Below, piece after piece: positions 7,734-18,507 of a DNA stretch of 64,000 bases. Under the pieces are notes generated by a model. It had not been told where the DNA came from. It made no database searches and saw only the letters and a program-made list of their open reading frames with translations. Source of the DNA: a virus (taxonomy: Duplodnaviria > Heunggongvirae > Uroviricota > Caudoviricetes); IMG/VR virus record IMGVR_UViG_650377940_000003, positions 23,323-87,322 of that record. One strand, 5' to 3'. Both the position numbers and the translations under genes were made by a program. Each line of letters opens with the position of its first letter. Within the stretch, counting starts at the first letter, position 1.

Positions 7734-10700
7734 ACCCGCACCATTTTTGAGTTTTCCGCTCATCTGCATTACAGACAACACACCAGAGATGGCAGCTGTC
7801 AAAGTGGGTAATGCACCAGCAAATTTTACAGCGTTATCTGCACCGTCAACAAAAACCGTTGCAAGATCTACGAAAAACTTCGGAATATCTGACTTCATCA
7901 AGTCCGTACTGAACTTCTGGAATGCAGAATCAAGCTGATTAAGCTTCGCCTGCAATGAATCCATGTACGTCTGGTTCTCACGCATTGCGCTTCCGCTAGA
8001 ATTAAGAGCCTGTTTCATAGCATCTTCTGCAACGCTAAAATTATTCAGCAGGGCAGATGTACTCTGACCTCCACGCTTACCGGCGATCAATTCTGTAATA
8101 TTTGCCTGAGTGGTATCAGAAAGGTCTTTCCAAACCTCAGAAAGCTCCTTCATAATCTGATAGGTTGATTTGAAGGTATTATCATCCTTCATGATATCAA
8201 CCCCAGCAAGTTGCTTCAACTCAGAGCGAAGCTCAGATACGGAACTCGCCATTCCATCCGTAGCAATACCGGCATTTTCTGCATCAGTCTTTGAAGCACG
8301 AAGGTACATACTCAAAGTTTTTAGGTAAGTGCCACTCGCTTCGCTGTCCTGAAGTACGCCATTTACAGCGGCTGCAAGGCTAAGAGTCTCTTGATATGTA
8401 TTTCCGGCGGCAGACATCGCAGCAGAACTTTTCTGCATGATAATTCCGAGATCATTCATACTGACAGGCTCTGTATTCGCGATTTGGTTCATGCAGTCCA
8501 GAAGATGTTCTGCGTCGTCTGCAACCAGACCAAAGCCTTGCATTGTAGAAATCAGGTAAGAGGAGGCAGTTGTTGCGTTATCAATCTGATCTCCAACGTT
8601 AGCCATAAGCGCAGACACACGAGCAAGCTCTTCAGAGTCTTTGTCCGTATATCCGAGTCGTTTCCAGTCAGCAGTACTACTTACAAGGTCAGAAATATTC
8701 GCACCAAGCTCACGAGCATTTGTTGCAGTTCTGTCAAGATATTCATTCATCTCGTCGCCAGTCATTTTACTGACCTTTTTGAGTTCAGTTACAGCCGTAT
8801 CAAGCTCAAGAACGTTATCATAAACCTCTCGCAGACCTTGTTTGACCATTGCAACGCCAGCCATAGCGATAGCAGTCTGAAAGTGCTCTTTGAATAGACG
8901 AGACAGTTTTTGACCAAGAGTTTCAGTTTCAAGGCCAGCTTGGTGGCAAGCATTTTGGAATTTGCTGACTTTCATTTGAGCTTCTTCAAAAGAATAACTA
9001 CCATTTTTAATCGCATCAAAAAGCTCATTATATTCTGCTTCAAACTTTGAACCTTCAAATCCATGAAGTGTTTCTTTATACTGATACAGAGTACGCATAA
9101 GATTTTCTATCTTATCTGTATCAGTATTTGCTGTCTTTGTCTGACGGCTTTGCCCCAAAGCATCGTCAATATGTTTTCTCACCTGAACAAGTAAATCGTC
9201 AACTTGACTAAGTGTTGCTTTAAACTCTGTTGGACCTTTATTTTCATCCAACTGTTTCATAGCAGCATCTAGCTCTGCCAATACTTGTTGCCCAGTTTTG
9301 CCATCATCCAACACGCCTGTGTTAAATTGCCCTAAAGCAACACTATTTTTTCTTGTGAATTCCGTACTACTTAATCTATTTTGAATAGTGTTATAGGCAG
9401 CTTGCTTTGAACGGACTTGACCGTGCTTCTGTTCGGCTTCTTTCTGCAAATCCTCTTCTGATTTCAAAGCTTGCTCAATTTGAATTTTTACCTTTAGCCA
9501 CTCGTCAACAATATCACTTACTCGTTGTTTGTACGTAGCAGATTGAGTATTCATTCCCTTTAAAGAATTAAGTTGGCTTTCAAGACTACCATCAAGAGAA
9601 TTCGTCTTACTATCGCCAATAAGAACACTGTCAAAACTGTGGTTTCCGGCCTGCTCTAATTCTAATTCTTTTTTACGGATTTCAGTTAATGTTCTTCTCG
9701 CAGTGGATTCAAGGTCTTTGTATCCATCCGTGTAAACAGACATGGACGCTTTTGCACTAATAAAAGCATCATCTAAGTCTTTTACGCCTTTCTTGTATGC
9801 ATCTGAACTATGGTCTGAATCCAACTTTTTAGACGCATCAATAATACCGTCAATGGAATCTCTCAATTCTTGCGAAGCAGTGTCGCTGTCCTTAATGGAT
9901 TCCTTCCATTTCAGCGCCTGTTCCGTCATGCTCTTGACATGATTTTCAGCTTTCTTCTGAGCTTCATCAAAAGTACTCATCTGGCGAGTGGCGTCAGCCC
10001 ATGTATCAGCGACAACCTTTAATTGATTAACATAATCTTGCGTTCCGGTTTCAAGCGTGTTAAGAATATCAATCTGCTTTTGAACATCCGCAAGAGAAGA
10101 TTTTACATCAGAAGCTCCAGAAAAATTCTTATATTTATTATTGGCGTCAGCAAGATTATTTAAGTACGTATTAGTTTGATCGCTTTGTGATTTTTTTAAA
10201 GCCTTTAACGCTCCATCATTCGCGGCATTCTTTAACCCTTGAAGCCGAGCCTCAAGCCTAGAAATACTATTAGTTGTTGCTCGTTCAATTTCGGAAATTT
10301 TGCTAAACTCTTCCGTCGGAAGAATGTTTACAAGTTCTGTACGCAGCCGACCAGCTTCATTTCTAACAGCTTGAAGTTGACGTAAAACCTCTTCTAACTC
10401 TGGCTGATTCTTACCAGACGATTCAAGTTTGAGAGCATCCTTATAAAGAGAACCTTTTTCTTGAACCCTTCGGTAAAAAGCATCTAGTTTTTGTTTCGCT
10501 TCATTAGTGTTTAAGTTTACTTTGACTTCGGCTTTCGCATTTTTCGCGCCAGACTGTGCTTTATCAACAGCCTTTTTTACAGCAGCATCAATATTAGATT
10601 CATCTATTTTCAAAGTGAGTTTTGGAGACTCTACCTTTTTAATGATTCGCTTCAATGCGGCATTAACATTGCCGATGGTTGCGCCTTCGTTTACACCAAA

Positions 10701-10853
10701 AGCAATCTCCACAGGAGCCTTTTTAAAACTGTTTTGAACTCCTTTAAATTGATTTTTTAACTCCTCGGTAGTAGTATCAAGAACGACCTTGACCTTTATG
10801 GCCGTTACAGAGGAAGTATCAGCACTACTTGCGTTGTTTGTATTATCCGCCAT
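7734..10853 (-). CDS. Tail tape measure protein, exon 1 (~1040 aa)
   Basis: ORF 7698..10865; likely ATG at 10853 after GAGGTG. Long helical protein with a TP901-type TMP core (ELDTAVTELKKVS...SADWKRLGY...ITELIAGKRG). Coding ends ...KNGAG at a GGU| group I 5' splice site. Confidence 0.88.
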
Positions 10854-10983
10854 ACCGTTGGTCACCTCTCTTTTCCATTTTCAACATTCCTTTCAAAACA
10901 AAAAAGAGAAGCGGCCAGCTCCTTAAAGCCAGCCCTCCTCTCATTGAATTTTATTCCAAATAAATCCTCATAAAAGATGGCTT

Positions 10984-11517
10984 TTACAATCCATGTAAAG
11001 CCGTCTTAACAATCATCGCCGCCTCGAGTTGAACAGGTTTAATGAATTCTCTTTTTGGACGTTTCATTTTTGCACCTTCGCTTCTGAAATACCATTCCAA
11101 ATCCATCCACAATCCATGCTCAATCCAATTTGCGAACATAGTTCCACCAACAGCCTCGTCTTCTTCATCGTTGAATCCAATATTAACGGCTCTTGGATCG
11201 TCATTAAGCCCATTTCGCTTATCTATTCCATACTGAACCTCAGAACGATCTGTGCTATGAGTAAGGAAAACTGATGGCTCTGGTTTGGCAATATCCTTAA
11301 CAATCAGTGAAATTACGTTTCCATCGCGAGACACATTACTAACAATATTTTTTGCGTCAGTAATACCTGATATCCCGTATTTTGGATGGATGTTTTGTTT
11401 TGCACTTTCTTGCAATCTTTGTTCTAGCTGTGGTGCAACATCATCACGGACAATACGCTCCACACCATCTGCCACATCACTCAATAAGTCATCGAAGTTT
11501 GTGTATGACTGTTTCAT
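10984..11517 (-). CDS. Putative tail component (neck/tail completion protein)
   Basis: 177 aa; just upstream of the TMP; ends in ...PKREFIKPV as HK97-gp10-like proteins do. Mainly positional. Confidence 0.45.
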   Translation of the reverse strand: MKQSYTNFDDLLSDVADGVERIVRDDVAPQLEQRLQESAKQNIHPKYGISGITDAKNIVSNVSRDGNVISLIVKDIAKPEPSVFLTHSTDRSEVQYGIDKRNGLNDDPRAVNIGFNDEEDEAVGGTMFANWIEHGLWMDLEWYFRSEGAKMKRPKREFIKPVQLEAAMIVKTALHGL

Positions 11518-11527
11518 TCACTCCACC

Positions 11528-12517
11528 TCAAATCTCAAACCGATCCTTTGCGGACTGAATCTTTGTCGTATCCTTTTTGATGTAATACTTGTTGGTCACA
11601 TCCGTGCCAGCATGGTTGAGCAGGGAAGAGACATCTTCCAGACTCATACCCGCATTCTTCAGCAGGGTAGCACCACTATGCCGGAAATCATGCGGATGCA
11701 GCGTAGGCTCATCAATCATCTCACCTATCTTCTTACACCAGTCCCCGGCAGTGCTTGAGGTAATCGGCATCCATACACCATTGATTTTCGTACCAACAAA
11801 CACATAGCCGCCATCCTCAATATCATGCTCAGTACGGTATTCCTTCAGCTCTTTCAAAAGCTCAGAAACCTCCTTGCTGAACATCAGATCAACAATTTTT
11901 CCTTCCTTCTCCAGAACGTCATGCACCATACGGTTCTCATAATCGATAGACTTCCAGAGTGTATTCCGCACAGCGTTAACACGAGCCATCGTGGATAGCG
12001 AGAACAGTGCGTACAGACGCAGTGTCATCGCATTATCCTTCATGTGAACTGTGGTCGCAGATTCAACCAGAGTGTTCAGCTTCTCTCGCATCAATTTAAC
12101 CTCATCCGGCGTAAGGTATGTCTGCTTCACAACAGCCACATCCTTGGTCGGTCGGTCAATGAACTCCATCGGATTCTCTTTGATGATTTTTTTCTTGCGA
12201 AGATACCGATATAGCGCAGAAATCGTGCTCATGCGCCGCTTCATACGAGCAGAGTTGTTTCCGTGCTTCTTACAGTAGAACAAAAATTCCTCAATATCCT
12301 CTTCTTCAAGTTCCGTCACAGGAGCATTACCCTGATTATCCAGAACATAAATCATCCACTGCTTGAAATCCGATTCATAATTGTAAACAGTAGACGGGCT
12401 GAGGTCGCGGATGCCCATATCAGTCTCATATCTATCCCAGTATTTCAAAGACACTGAATTTACGTTCTTGAACTTCTCAGCATCCCATAACTTCAGCGGT
12501 TTACTTCTTGTAGCCAT
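11528..12517 (-). CDS. Tyrosine recombinase (XerC/D-like) in the tail module
   Basis: SAM-like core-binding N-terminal part; catalytic R (TMAR), HDFR, LNH and Y (TNKYY) present. Confidence 0.9.
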   Translation of the reverse strand: MATRSKPLKLWDAEKFKNVNSVSLKYWDRYETDMGIRDLSPSTVYNYESDFKQWMIYVLDNQGNAPVTELEEEDIEEFLFYCKKHGNNSARMKRRMSTISALYRYLRKKKIIKENPMEFIDRPTKDVAVVKQTYLTPDEVKLMREKLNTLVESATTVHMKDNAMTLRLYALFSLSTMARVNAVRNTLWKSIDYENRMVHDVLEKEGKIVDLMFSKEVSELLKELKEYRTEHDIEDGGYVFVGTKINGVWMPITSSTAGDWCKKIGEMIDEPTLHPHDFRHSGATLLKNAGMSLEDVSSLLNHAGTDVTNKYYIKKDTTKIQSAKDRFEI

Positions 12518-12551
12518 ATTAAAATTCCCTCCAACCCACCTCTAAAAGTGT

Positions 12552-13061
12552 TTATTCCTTTTTATCTTTTGCCAGCACAGCAGAGATCTCCTGCTTATTG
12601 TCCAGCAGAGCAGAAGTCACTTCAGAAAACTTCTCGACGTCAAAGTCATTTAAGTTACCCTTCACATCATTCAAATAGTTCTCCATAAAGTCAACGAAAT
12701 CAGAAATAGGGTCAGGCTTCTCAATAATCTCGTTGAGCTTGCCACAGAGACCAAGAACAAGCCATTCCTTATGAGAACGGTCAATCTGCTCGTGGACAGC
12801 CTTCTCCAGAGAATCGTACTGGTCCCAGAATGCAGAAGTATCACAACCAGCCTTGTTAATCTTGAAGTTAAAAGACTCGTAAGCAATACGCGGCCACTCA
12901 CTCTGCGGCTCACTACGATAATCATAATCCGCAAAATACTTTAGAACGGTCAGCCGAAACACCACATCAAGCAGTGCGGGCTGATAATCACCGTCAATAG
13001 TACATGCCTTAACTACTTCATCAAGAAACTCATTTCGCTCCTGAAAATTTAAAACCTTCAT
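12552..13061 (-). CDS. Hypothetical protein (possible tail assembly chaperone)
   Basis: 169-aa acidic helical ORF with RBS; positional. Confidence 0.45.
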   Translation of the reverse strand: MKVLNFQERNEFLDEVVKACTIDGDYQPALLDVVFRLTVLKYFADYDYRSEPQSEWPRIAYESFNFKINKAGCDTSAFWDQYDSLEKAVHEQIDRSHKEWLVLGLCGKLNEIIEKPDPISDFVDFMENYLNDVKGNLNDFDVEKFSEVTSALLDNKQEISAVLAKDKKE

Positions 13062-13062
13062 T

Positions 13063-13536
13063 TTATCTCCCTTTCGTCTGTGCTTGCTTTAATTTCTTTC
13101 GCTCTTTTCGAGCTTTTTTTAGGTCGTCATAATCGACCCAGCCTCCATCAATTTTGGAGTATGTAATCCAGCGGTAATCTACATCAGGATACTTGAACCA
13201 GAACATCTTGCGCTTCATCAGCGCAACACTATCAGCGAATCCCTTCGTATCAATCACTTGTTTGCTGCCATCTCGATATGTAATTTCATAGTCCGCCACA
13301 TAATCAATCTTCCGCACCGCTACGTCCTTTCCGTCCTTATCGACCCGGCGGAACGCTTCCTGCAGAATAAAGGGGACTTGCTTACGACACTCTATAATTT
13401 CACCGCTTGCCAGCCTTGGCAATACAATATCTCGATAAAACAACATTTCTGCCTTACTATCATAAACTACGCCGTCATATGTTCTATCTGCTGGATTCTT
13501 ACTGACATTAAACTTTGTTCTGTTCTTTTTCTCCAT
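13063..13536 (-). CDS. DUF1064-like PD-(D/E)XK endonuclease
   Basis: YDGVVYDSKAE...QVPFILQ...YVADY...VIDTKG motif pattern. Confidence 0.7.
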   Translation of the reverse strand: MEKKNRTKFNVSKNPADRTYDGVVYDSKAEMLFYRDIVLPRLASGEIIECRKQVPFILQEAFRRVDKDGKDVAVRKIDYVADYEITYRDGSKQVIDTKGFADSVALMKRKMFWFKYPDVDYRWITYSKIDGGWVDYDDLKKARKERKKLKQAQTKGR

Positions 13537-13564
13537 AAAACCACCACGAAAAACGAAGGGGCGG

Positions 13565-13948
13565 TTATGCCCGCCCCTTACGATTTGATGTTTTCTTAAC
13601 TACCGGCTTCACGGGCGTCTCATCCTTTACATCACTAGATGATTCATTTTCAGCCATTACAGGCTCATCCATGATCTCATGGAAAACATCACGAACAGCA
13701 GGGATAAAAGTTTCTACCTCGGCTTCCGTAACATTCTTATACTTGCGCATCAAAAGAGTAGTCAGGTCTGCCTTTGCAGTCTCTTTTGAAATAATTCCCT
13801 GACGATACTGATTTACGGCAGTCCACACAAGAAAGTGCGGCTCAGTGTCGCAAATCATTCGCCAAGGATTAAGACGCGCATCCTGCTCGCAATGCGGGCA
13901 AACCGGATATTCTTTTCCGCAAGTACGGCACCAATTCAGATTTGCCAT
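13565..13948 (-). CDS. Hypothetical protein with N-terminal Zn-finger
   Basis: CRTC...CPHC...C..H; in the tail operon. Confidence 0.6.
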   Translation of the reverse strand: MANLNWCRTCGKEYPVCPHCEQDARLNPWRMICDTEPHFLVWTAVNQYRQGIISKETAKADLTTLLMRKYKNVTEAEVETFIPAVRDVFHEIMDEPVMAENESSSDVKDETPVKPVVKKTSNRKGRA

Positions 13949-14748
13949 TAGGCAGCTGCAGTCTCGATGCGGAACAGACGCTTATCGTCAGAGCAGTACT
14001 CCTGAGTTGCGCTGATCTTAACAGGGTGAGTCAGCTCATTATTCAGAGTCATGTCGATTGCGTTGTCCATCTTAGCGTTCGGGAAGATGATACGCATCAG
14101 TTTCTTGTTTGCCTTATCGCAGGGATTGTAGCAGAATGCCTCAATCACGAACTCGCCCTCGGCAGAGAACTTGTCGGCGCTATCATTGATAGCAACACCC
14201 TCATCGCTCTCGTACTGATACTTCACAACAAAGCGGTCGCCAGCCTTCAGATCTGCACCAGTGGGCAGAGTGACCTCAGTACCAGTAACAGAGAACTGAG
14301 ACTCTGCGGTCTCACCCAGCTCAAAGGTCTTCAGTGCATTGCCCTGACCATCGACCAGATCGATGTACTTAAAGGGGGCATTTGCAACAGCAGTCTTGGG
14401 GGTATGGGTCAGAGTCAGCTTCTTGCCGTCAGCAGAAGTCAGGTACTCAACAGTGGTAAAGACCTGCTTTGCCTCAGAGGAAGCAACCTCCTTCTTGGAG
14501 CCCATCTGCTCTGCCAGAGCACCCAGATGCATCAGAGCATTAGACCAATCTGCCTCTGCAGTCTTACTCTTATCGAATGCCATGATGTTAACGCCCTGTG
14601 CATCCTGAGCGTAAACGGTCTCGCCGCCCAGAGTCAGCTTGAAATCCTTAACCTGATTCATGGTCCACAGACGCTTGCCGTTCAGATCATACTCGTGAAT
14701 GCGATGAACGCGGTCAATAACGACCTCATTAAAATTAAAATCGCTCAT
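13948..14748 (-). CDS. Major tail (tube) protein
   Basis: 266 aa, beta-rich and acidic, in strongly biased late-gene codon usage; after the head-tail joining genes. Confidence 0.6.
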   Translation of the reverse strand: MSDFNFNEVVIDRVHRIHEYDLNGKRLWTMNQVKDFKLTLGGETVYAQDAQGVNIMAFDKSKTAEADWSNALMHLGALAEQMGSKKEVASSEAKQVFTTVEYLTSADGKKLTLTHTPKTAVANAPFKYIDLVDGQGNALKTFELGETAESQFSVTGTEVTLPTGADLKAGDRFVVKYQYESDEGVAINDSADKFSAEGEFVIEAFCYNPCDKANKKLMRIIFPNAKMDNAIDMTLNNELTHPVKISATQEYCSDDKRLFRIETAAA

Positions 14749-14797
14749 AATATTCTTCCTTTCAATTTATTTGGATAAAATAAAAGAGCAAGGTCAA

Positions 14798-15544
14798 TCA
14801 ATCAACCTTGCTCGTCCAATCCAGTTGTGCTTTTGGAATCTTTCCAAATTCCACGGTGCCAGCGTAAACGCCATGCATCGTATTGTCGTATTTTTTTATT
14901 TGCTGAATCTTTCTTACATGATTCATAAATACACTCATAGGGTAGTCCATGGCCTTGAAGTAATCCGCTTTAAAGCCAGATGAACACGCCATCGAGAGAA
15001 CAAGCTCCGCAAGGTGTGGTTCATAATGCTTTGTTTTCTGATACTCCAAGTTATCTTTGGCTTCCTCTATCATTGCAATTCTTGTCGGTTCGTCAGCAGC
15101 AAATTCAGAATGCTTTTCAATTCCATTTGCGGCACATAGGTACTGAGAAATTGTTTCATACACCACATGGTCAATACGAGTATCCGTAAGTCTGTTGTGC
15201 AAGACAATCTCACCACTTATGTTATCTTTTGCCATCATAAACCCAGAAGTATCCATATTGCCAAGCAAAATAGACATGTCCTGATTTTTATTGCCTATAA
15301 AAAGTTGCCGGAACATTTCAAAATCCGAAACCTTCTGCCAATCAACCCCAACAGAGTCAAGCTGTGCTTTATAATCGCTTGATGTAGAACAGAATAAGTA
15401 AACCAACTGAAAATACTTTTGCTCACCATAATCGATAATATCACCGACCGATGGCATATGAATCGTAATCTTGTCATTGATTTTAAAATCTCTTCCACGC
15501 ATCAAACTTGGCTCATACAGTTCTCGAAGTTCCATCAACCACAC
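14798..15544 (-). CDS. Conserved phage structural-module protein
   Basis: 248-aa ORF overlapping the neighbouring gene in the operon. Confidence 0.55.
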   Translation of the reverse strand: MWLMELRELYEPSLMRGRDFKINDKITIHMPSVGDIIDYGEQKYFQLVYLFCSTSSDYKAQLDSVGVDWQKVSDFEMFRQLFIGNKNQDMSILLGNMDTSGFMMAKDNISGEIVLHNRLTDTRIDHVVYETISQYLCAANGIEKHSEFAADEPTRIAMIEEAKDNLEYQKTKHYEPHLAELVLSMACSSGFKADYFKAMDYPMSVFMNHVRKIQQIKKYDNTMHGVYAGTVEFGKIPKAQLDWTSKVD

Positions 15545-16014
15545 CCCACAAGGTCATCCAGATCCTGCGTCTTAAACGTCATGATTCTCACACGATGGTG
15601 TAAATCCATGTTATCCTCGATGTTGGATGTGATTTTAAGTTGCTTGATTCCAAAAATTGTACTGCCGTGTAGTTCTTTTTCCACAAGGCCACTCAGATAG
15701 TCAACTCGTGTTGCGCCGCCATGACCCTTCATCTTCATCAACGCTTGGTTCACAATAACCCACACAGTAAGCGTGAAGTTTTCATACCAGTCGTTGACGT
15801 TACTGCGGTCGGTCATGTTTACCTTAAAACAAATATAGCTGTGTGCCGCCTCAATCGTGTCTGGAATATGAAAGTAAGGGAAGATGTATGTATAAATTGC
15901 CTCGTCAGGCTCTTCAATATCGTCATTACCCATTGCTTCAACAAGTCCTTCTGTATTGACCAGCTTTAAAGCCAATTTGTTTTTGTAGTCAGTAATCAAT
16001 TCACTCGTTGTCAC
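15535..16014 (-). CDS. Putative tail terminator / head-tail joining protein
   Basis: 159 aa; positional. Confidence 0.5.
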   Translation of the reverse strand: MTTSELITDYKNKLALKLVNTEGLVEAMGNDDIEEPDEAIYTYIFPYFHIPDTIEAAHSYICFKVNMTDRSNVNDWYENFTLTVWVIVNQALMKMKGHGGATRVDYLSGLVEKELHGSTIFGIKQLKITSNIEDNMDLHHRVRIMTFKTQDLDDLVGCG

Positions 16015-17036
16015 AGCAAACTCACCACCTTACATTCGATAGATGCATTTGCCGTGCCATCCGCATTTGCAAGAGAAATCCTAACAGTTGCGCCGTCCAT
16101 AATACTATTATTCAAGATACGAATTTTAAAAGTACCATCGTCGGCAGTCTGTGTCTCAACAAATTCCTTGAACTCATCAAGGCAAATGAAACTCCACTTT
16201 GCAACCTCCGCAACCTCTTCGCCAGTAATGCTTGTGAATACCGGAGTAAACTTCTTCCAAGAGCCACCAACACGAACTTCCGGCTTTCCGGCATACTTAA
16301 TAGTAGCAGTCACCTGAGAATCCGCATCCGGCTCATCACTCTTATTCGGCTCAAAATAATCACAAATCATCTTCTCGGCATTATCCGTCTTACTGTTGTA
16401 CTGATCCTGCCGGATATTCAATACAAGGAATCCCTGTGTCTTACCATGCAGTTCATAACGCTCTGTACTCTGGTCAACAGAAGTCGTAACATACGTTTTC
16501 GGCTCGCCGTTGATGATTTCCAGCATAAAGCGCTTATCAAGGTCGATCAGTGCTGTCTCATCATCAAAAGGCATCTGCACTTTATACTCACGTTGACTCA
16601 ATGAAGTCATAACAATCTCCTTATTATTTGCGTAATAAGGCTTACTCAGCGTTGCCCAGCGAGAGACTATCTCACCAGTAATCGGATTTTGCCATTGAAT
16701 CTGACGATTACACAACTCCATTTTTCCACGAAGAAAAATCTCATCATTTGGTTCTATCTCAGTTACCAGCCATTTACAGTTGTAGCAGTCAACAATATCA
16801 CCAAGATTTAAAGAATCACCGGGATAAGCCCAGATTTTCTTTTCCTTAACAATACTATTACTACGACTAACGACTAGTTTCTGAGGTAAACCATTCACTA
16901 GAGTATTATCCTCGTAATCAACACTATCCTTGAAGTGTGCAGCGAAGTCTCGTTTTGCAAAAGCAATTTTGACATCTTTTTTATTAGACATCTTTGCTGC
17001 ACCGCCGACAGCTCGTGCCCTCGAATAAAAATCCAT
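16011..17036 (-). CDS. Putative head-closure protein with C-terminal Ig-like domain
   Basis: 341 aa; LNLGDIVDCYNCKWLVTE beta-barrel pattern; positional. Confidence 0.55.
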   Translation of the reverse strand: MDFYSRARAVGGAAKMSNKKDVKIAFAKRDFAAHFKDSVDYEDNTLVNGLPQKLVVSRSNSIVKEKKIWAYPGDSLNLGDIVDCYNCKWLVTEIEPNDEIFLRGKMELCNRQIQWQNPITGEIVSRWATLSKPYYANNKEIVMTSLSQREYKVQMPFDDETALIDLDKRFMLEIINGEPKTYVTTSVDQSTERYELHGKTQGFLVLNIRQDQYNSKTDNAEKMICDYFEPNKSDEPDADSQVTATIKYAGKPEVRVGGSWKKFTPVFTSITGEEVAEVAKWSFICLDEFKEFVETQTADDGTFKIRILNNSIMDGATVRISLANADGTANASIECKVVSLL

Positions 17037-17048
17037 CGGTACACCTCC

Positions 17049-17549
17049 TTACTCAGAGTAGGAAGCGTATGTATCATAGTCGATGGTCTTACGCTTACGA
17101 GTCGAGCGGTCTTTTGCCATATAGTTGTCCAGCATTGTCATATTCTCCTCGTGGATATCTTTCACAAGGGCACGAATACTCGCACGCTCATTAGCAGGGG
17201 AGAATACCTGTAAACTTGTAGGAAGGTCTTGTGCACTAAATGCTTTCAGCTTTCCAAACTCTCGCTTGAAATGCTGCTCCAGCATTAAATGTGCAAGCAT
17301 ATCAATTTCGTCGTATGTAAGGTCTGAATTAAATTCCTCTAGCTCAGAATCATAATCATCAAAGCTAAAATTCTCTTCAGGCTCAATATTTCTGAAAATA
17401 ACAGAAAGCGACTCCATTAAATAACTCTTTGCACGGTCATGCACAAGGTTTCTTACTTCATTCTCGCTCAGGTCAAAATACTGAAAGAAATTACTATCAG
17501 TTTCGACCAGTTCGCAGAACTTGTCGTATATTTCCGAAAATGCGGTCAC
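17049..17549 (-). CDS. Putative head-tail adaptor
   Basis: 166 aa, helical; MTAFSEIYDKF start; downstream of the capsid gene. Confidence 0.55.
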   Translation of the reverse strand: MTAFSEIYDKFCELVETDSNFFQYFDLSENEVRNLVHDRAKSYLMESLSVIFRNIEPEENFSFDDYDSELEEFNSDLTYDEIDMLAHLMLEQHFKREFGKLKAFSAQDLPTSLQVFSPANERASIRALVKDIHEENMTMLDNYMAKDRSTRKRKTIDYDTYASYSE

Positions 17550-17564
17550 ATTATCCCTCCAGTC

Positions 17565-18266
17565 TTACTCGGCGGGAATGACCTCCGCCTTTTCTGCCTC
17601 TGCCTTCTTACGTCCACGCTTAACAGCAGTCTTTTCCGCAGAGCTATCCTGTACAACAGTCTGTGCGCCAGCCATCATAGACTGCATCTGTGCCATCATA
17701 GCCTGCATCTGCTTCTGCATTTCAGCCATCTGATTCTTTGCAGTTTCAAGTTCGGCCTTAACATTATCAACAGGCTTGGTCGCAGGTACAACAGACAACT
17801 CACTATTACGCTTGCCAGCACGGAGCTCCTTATAACGCTCGTCAATCAGGCGCTTGACCTTAGTAGACAGGTCTTCACCAGCATTGGTCATACGATAAAA
17901 GCGACCACGAATACGCTCAAACTGAGCACTATCCTTAATGTCAATCATACGCTGAAGATTCTCGACAGTGGGATTCAGAATCGCATCGTCGATATCTTCA
18001 ATGAATAGGACATCGTCGCCCTTAATGCCAATAGCCTTAAAGATTTCATTCTGCTCTTCAGGGCGAAAACGCAGAACACCATTCTTGAACGCAGAACCAG
18101 TGCTATTCATATACATAATCTCCTCCGGCGGAATAGGAATCACACAAGGCTCTTCCACACTGCCTGGCTCGAAAGTATAGCCCTTACCGTTCAGTGACGA
18201 AATGGTAACCACGTTATCGTCGCAGTTCAGAACGTCAATAAACTTCTTTTCCATCACGGAACTCAT
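17565..18266 (-). CDS. Head-module hypothetical protein with coiled-coil C-terminus
   Basis: 233-aa ORF right after capsid exon 2. Confidence 0.6.
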   Translation of the reverse strand: MSSVMEKKFIDVLNCDDNVVTISSLNGKGYTFEPGSVEEPCVIPIPPEEIMYMNSTGSAFKNGVLRFRPEEQNEIFKAIGIKGDDVLFIEDIDDAILNPTVENLQRMIDIKDSAQFERIRGRFYRMTNAGEDLSTKVKRLIDERYKELRAGKRNSELSVVPATKPVDNVKAELETAKNQMAEMQKQMQAMMAQMQSMMAGAQTVVQDSSAEKTAVKRGRKKAEAEKAEVIPAE

Positions 18267-18333
18267 AATTTGTCTCCTTTTCTATAAAAGCGGAGACCGC
18301 AAAGTCCCCGCCCAGATTTGCCTTTGGTAAAAA

Positions 18334-18507
18334 TTACTGCAGAACAATCTTAGCAACACGCTCGATATGATCAATGCTGTAGCCGAAGGTAAAGTCCTTG
18401 ACCGTCAGATGAATCTTTTCGTTGTTGTTGTCGTGATCCTCGTAAGTATGAGTCTCACCCTTCATATCAAGTCTTCCGATCTTGCCCGCAATACCATAAA
18501 TACGTTT
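18334..18507 (-). CDS. Major capsid protein, exon 2 (57 aa)
   Basis: KRIYGIAGKIGRLDMKGETHTYEDHDNNNEKIHLTVKDFTFGYSIDHIERVAKIVLQ*; too short for the ORF track. Confidence 0.88.
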   Translation of the reverse strand, partial: KRIYGIAGKIGRLDMKGETHTYEDHDNNNEKIHLTVKDFTFGYSIDHIERVAKIVLQ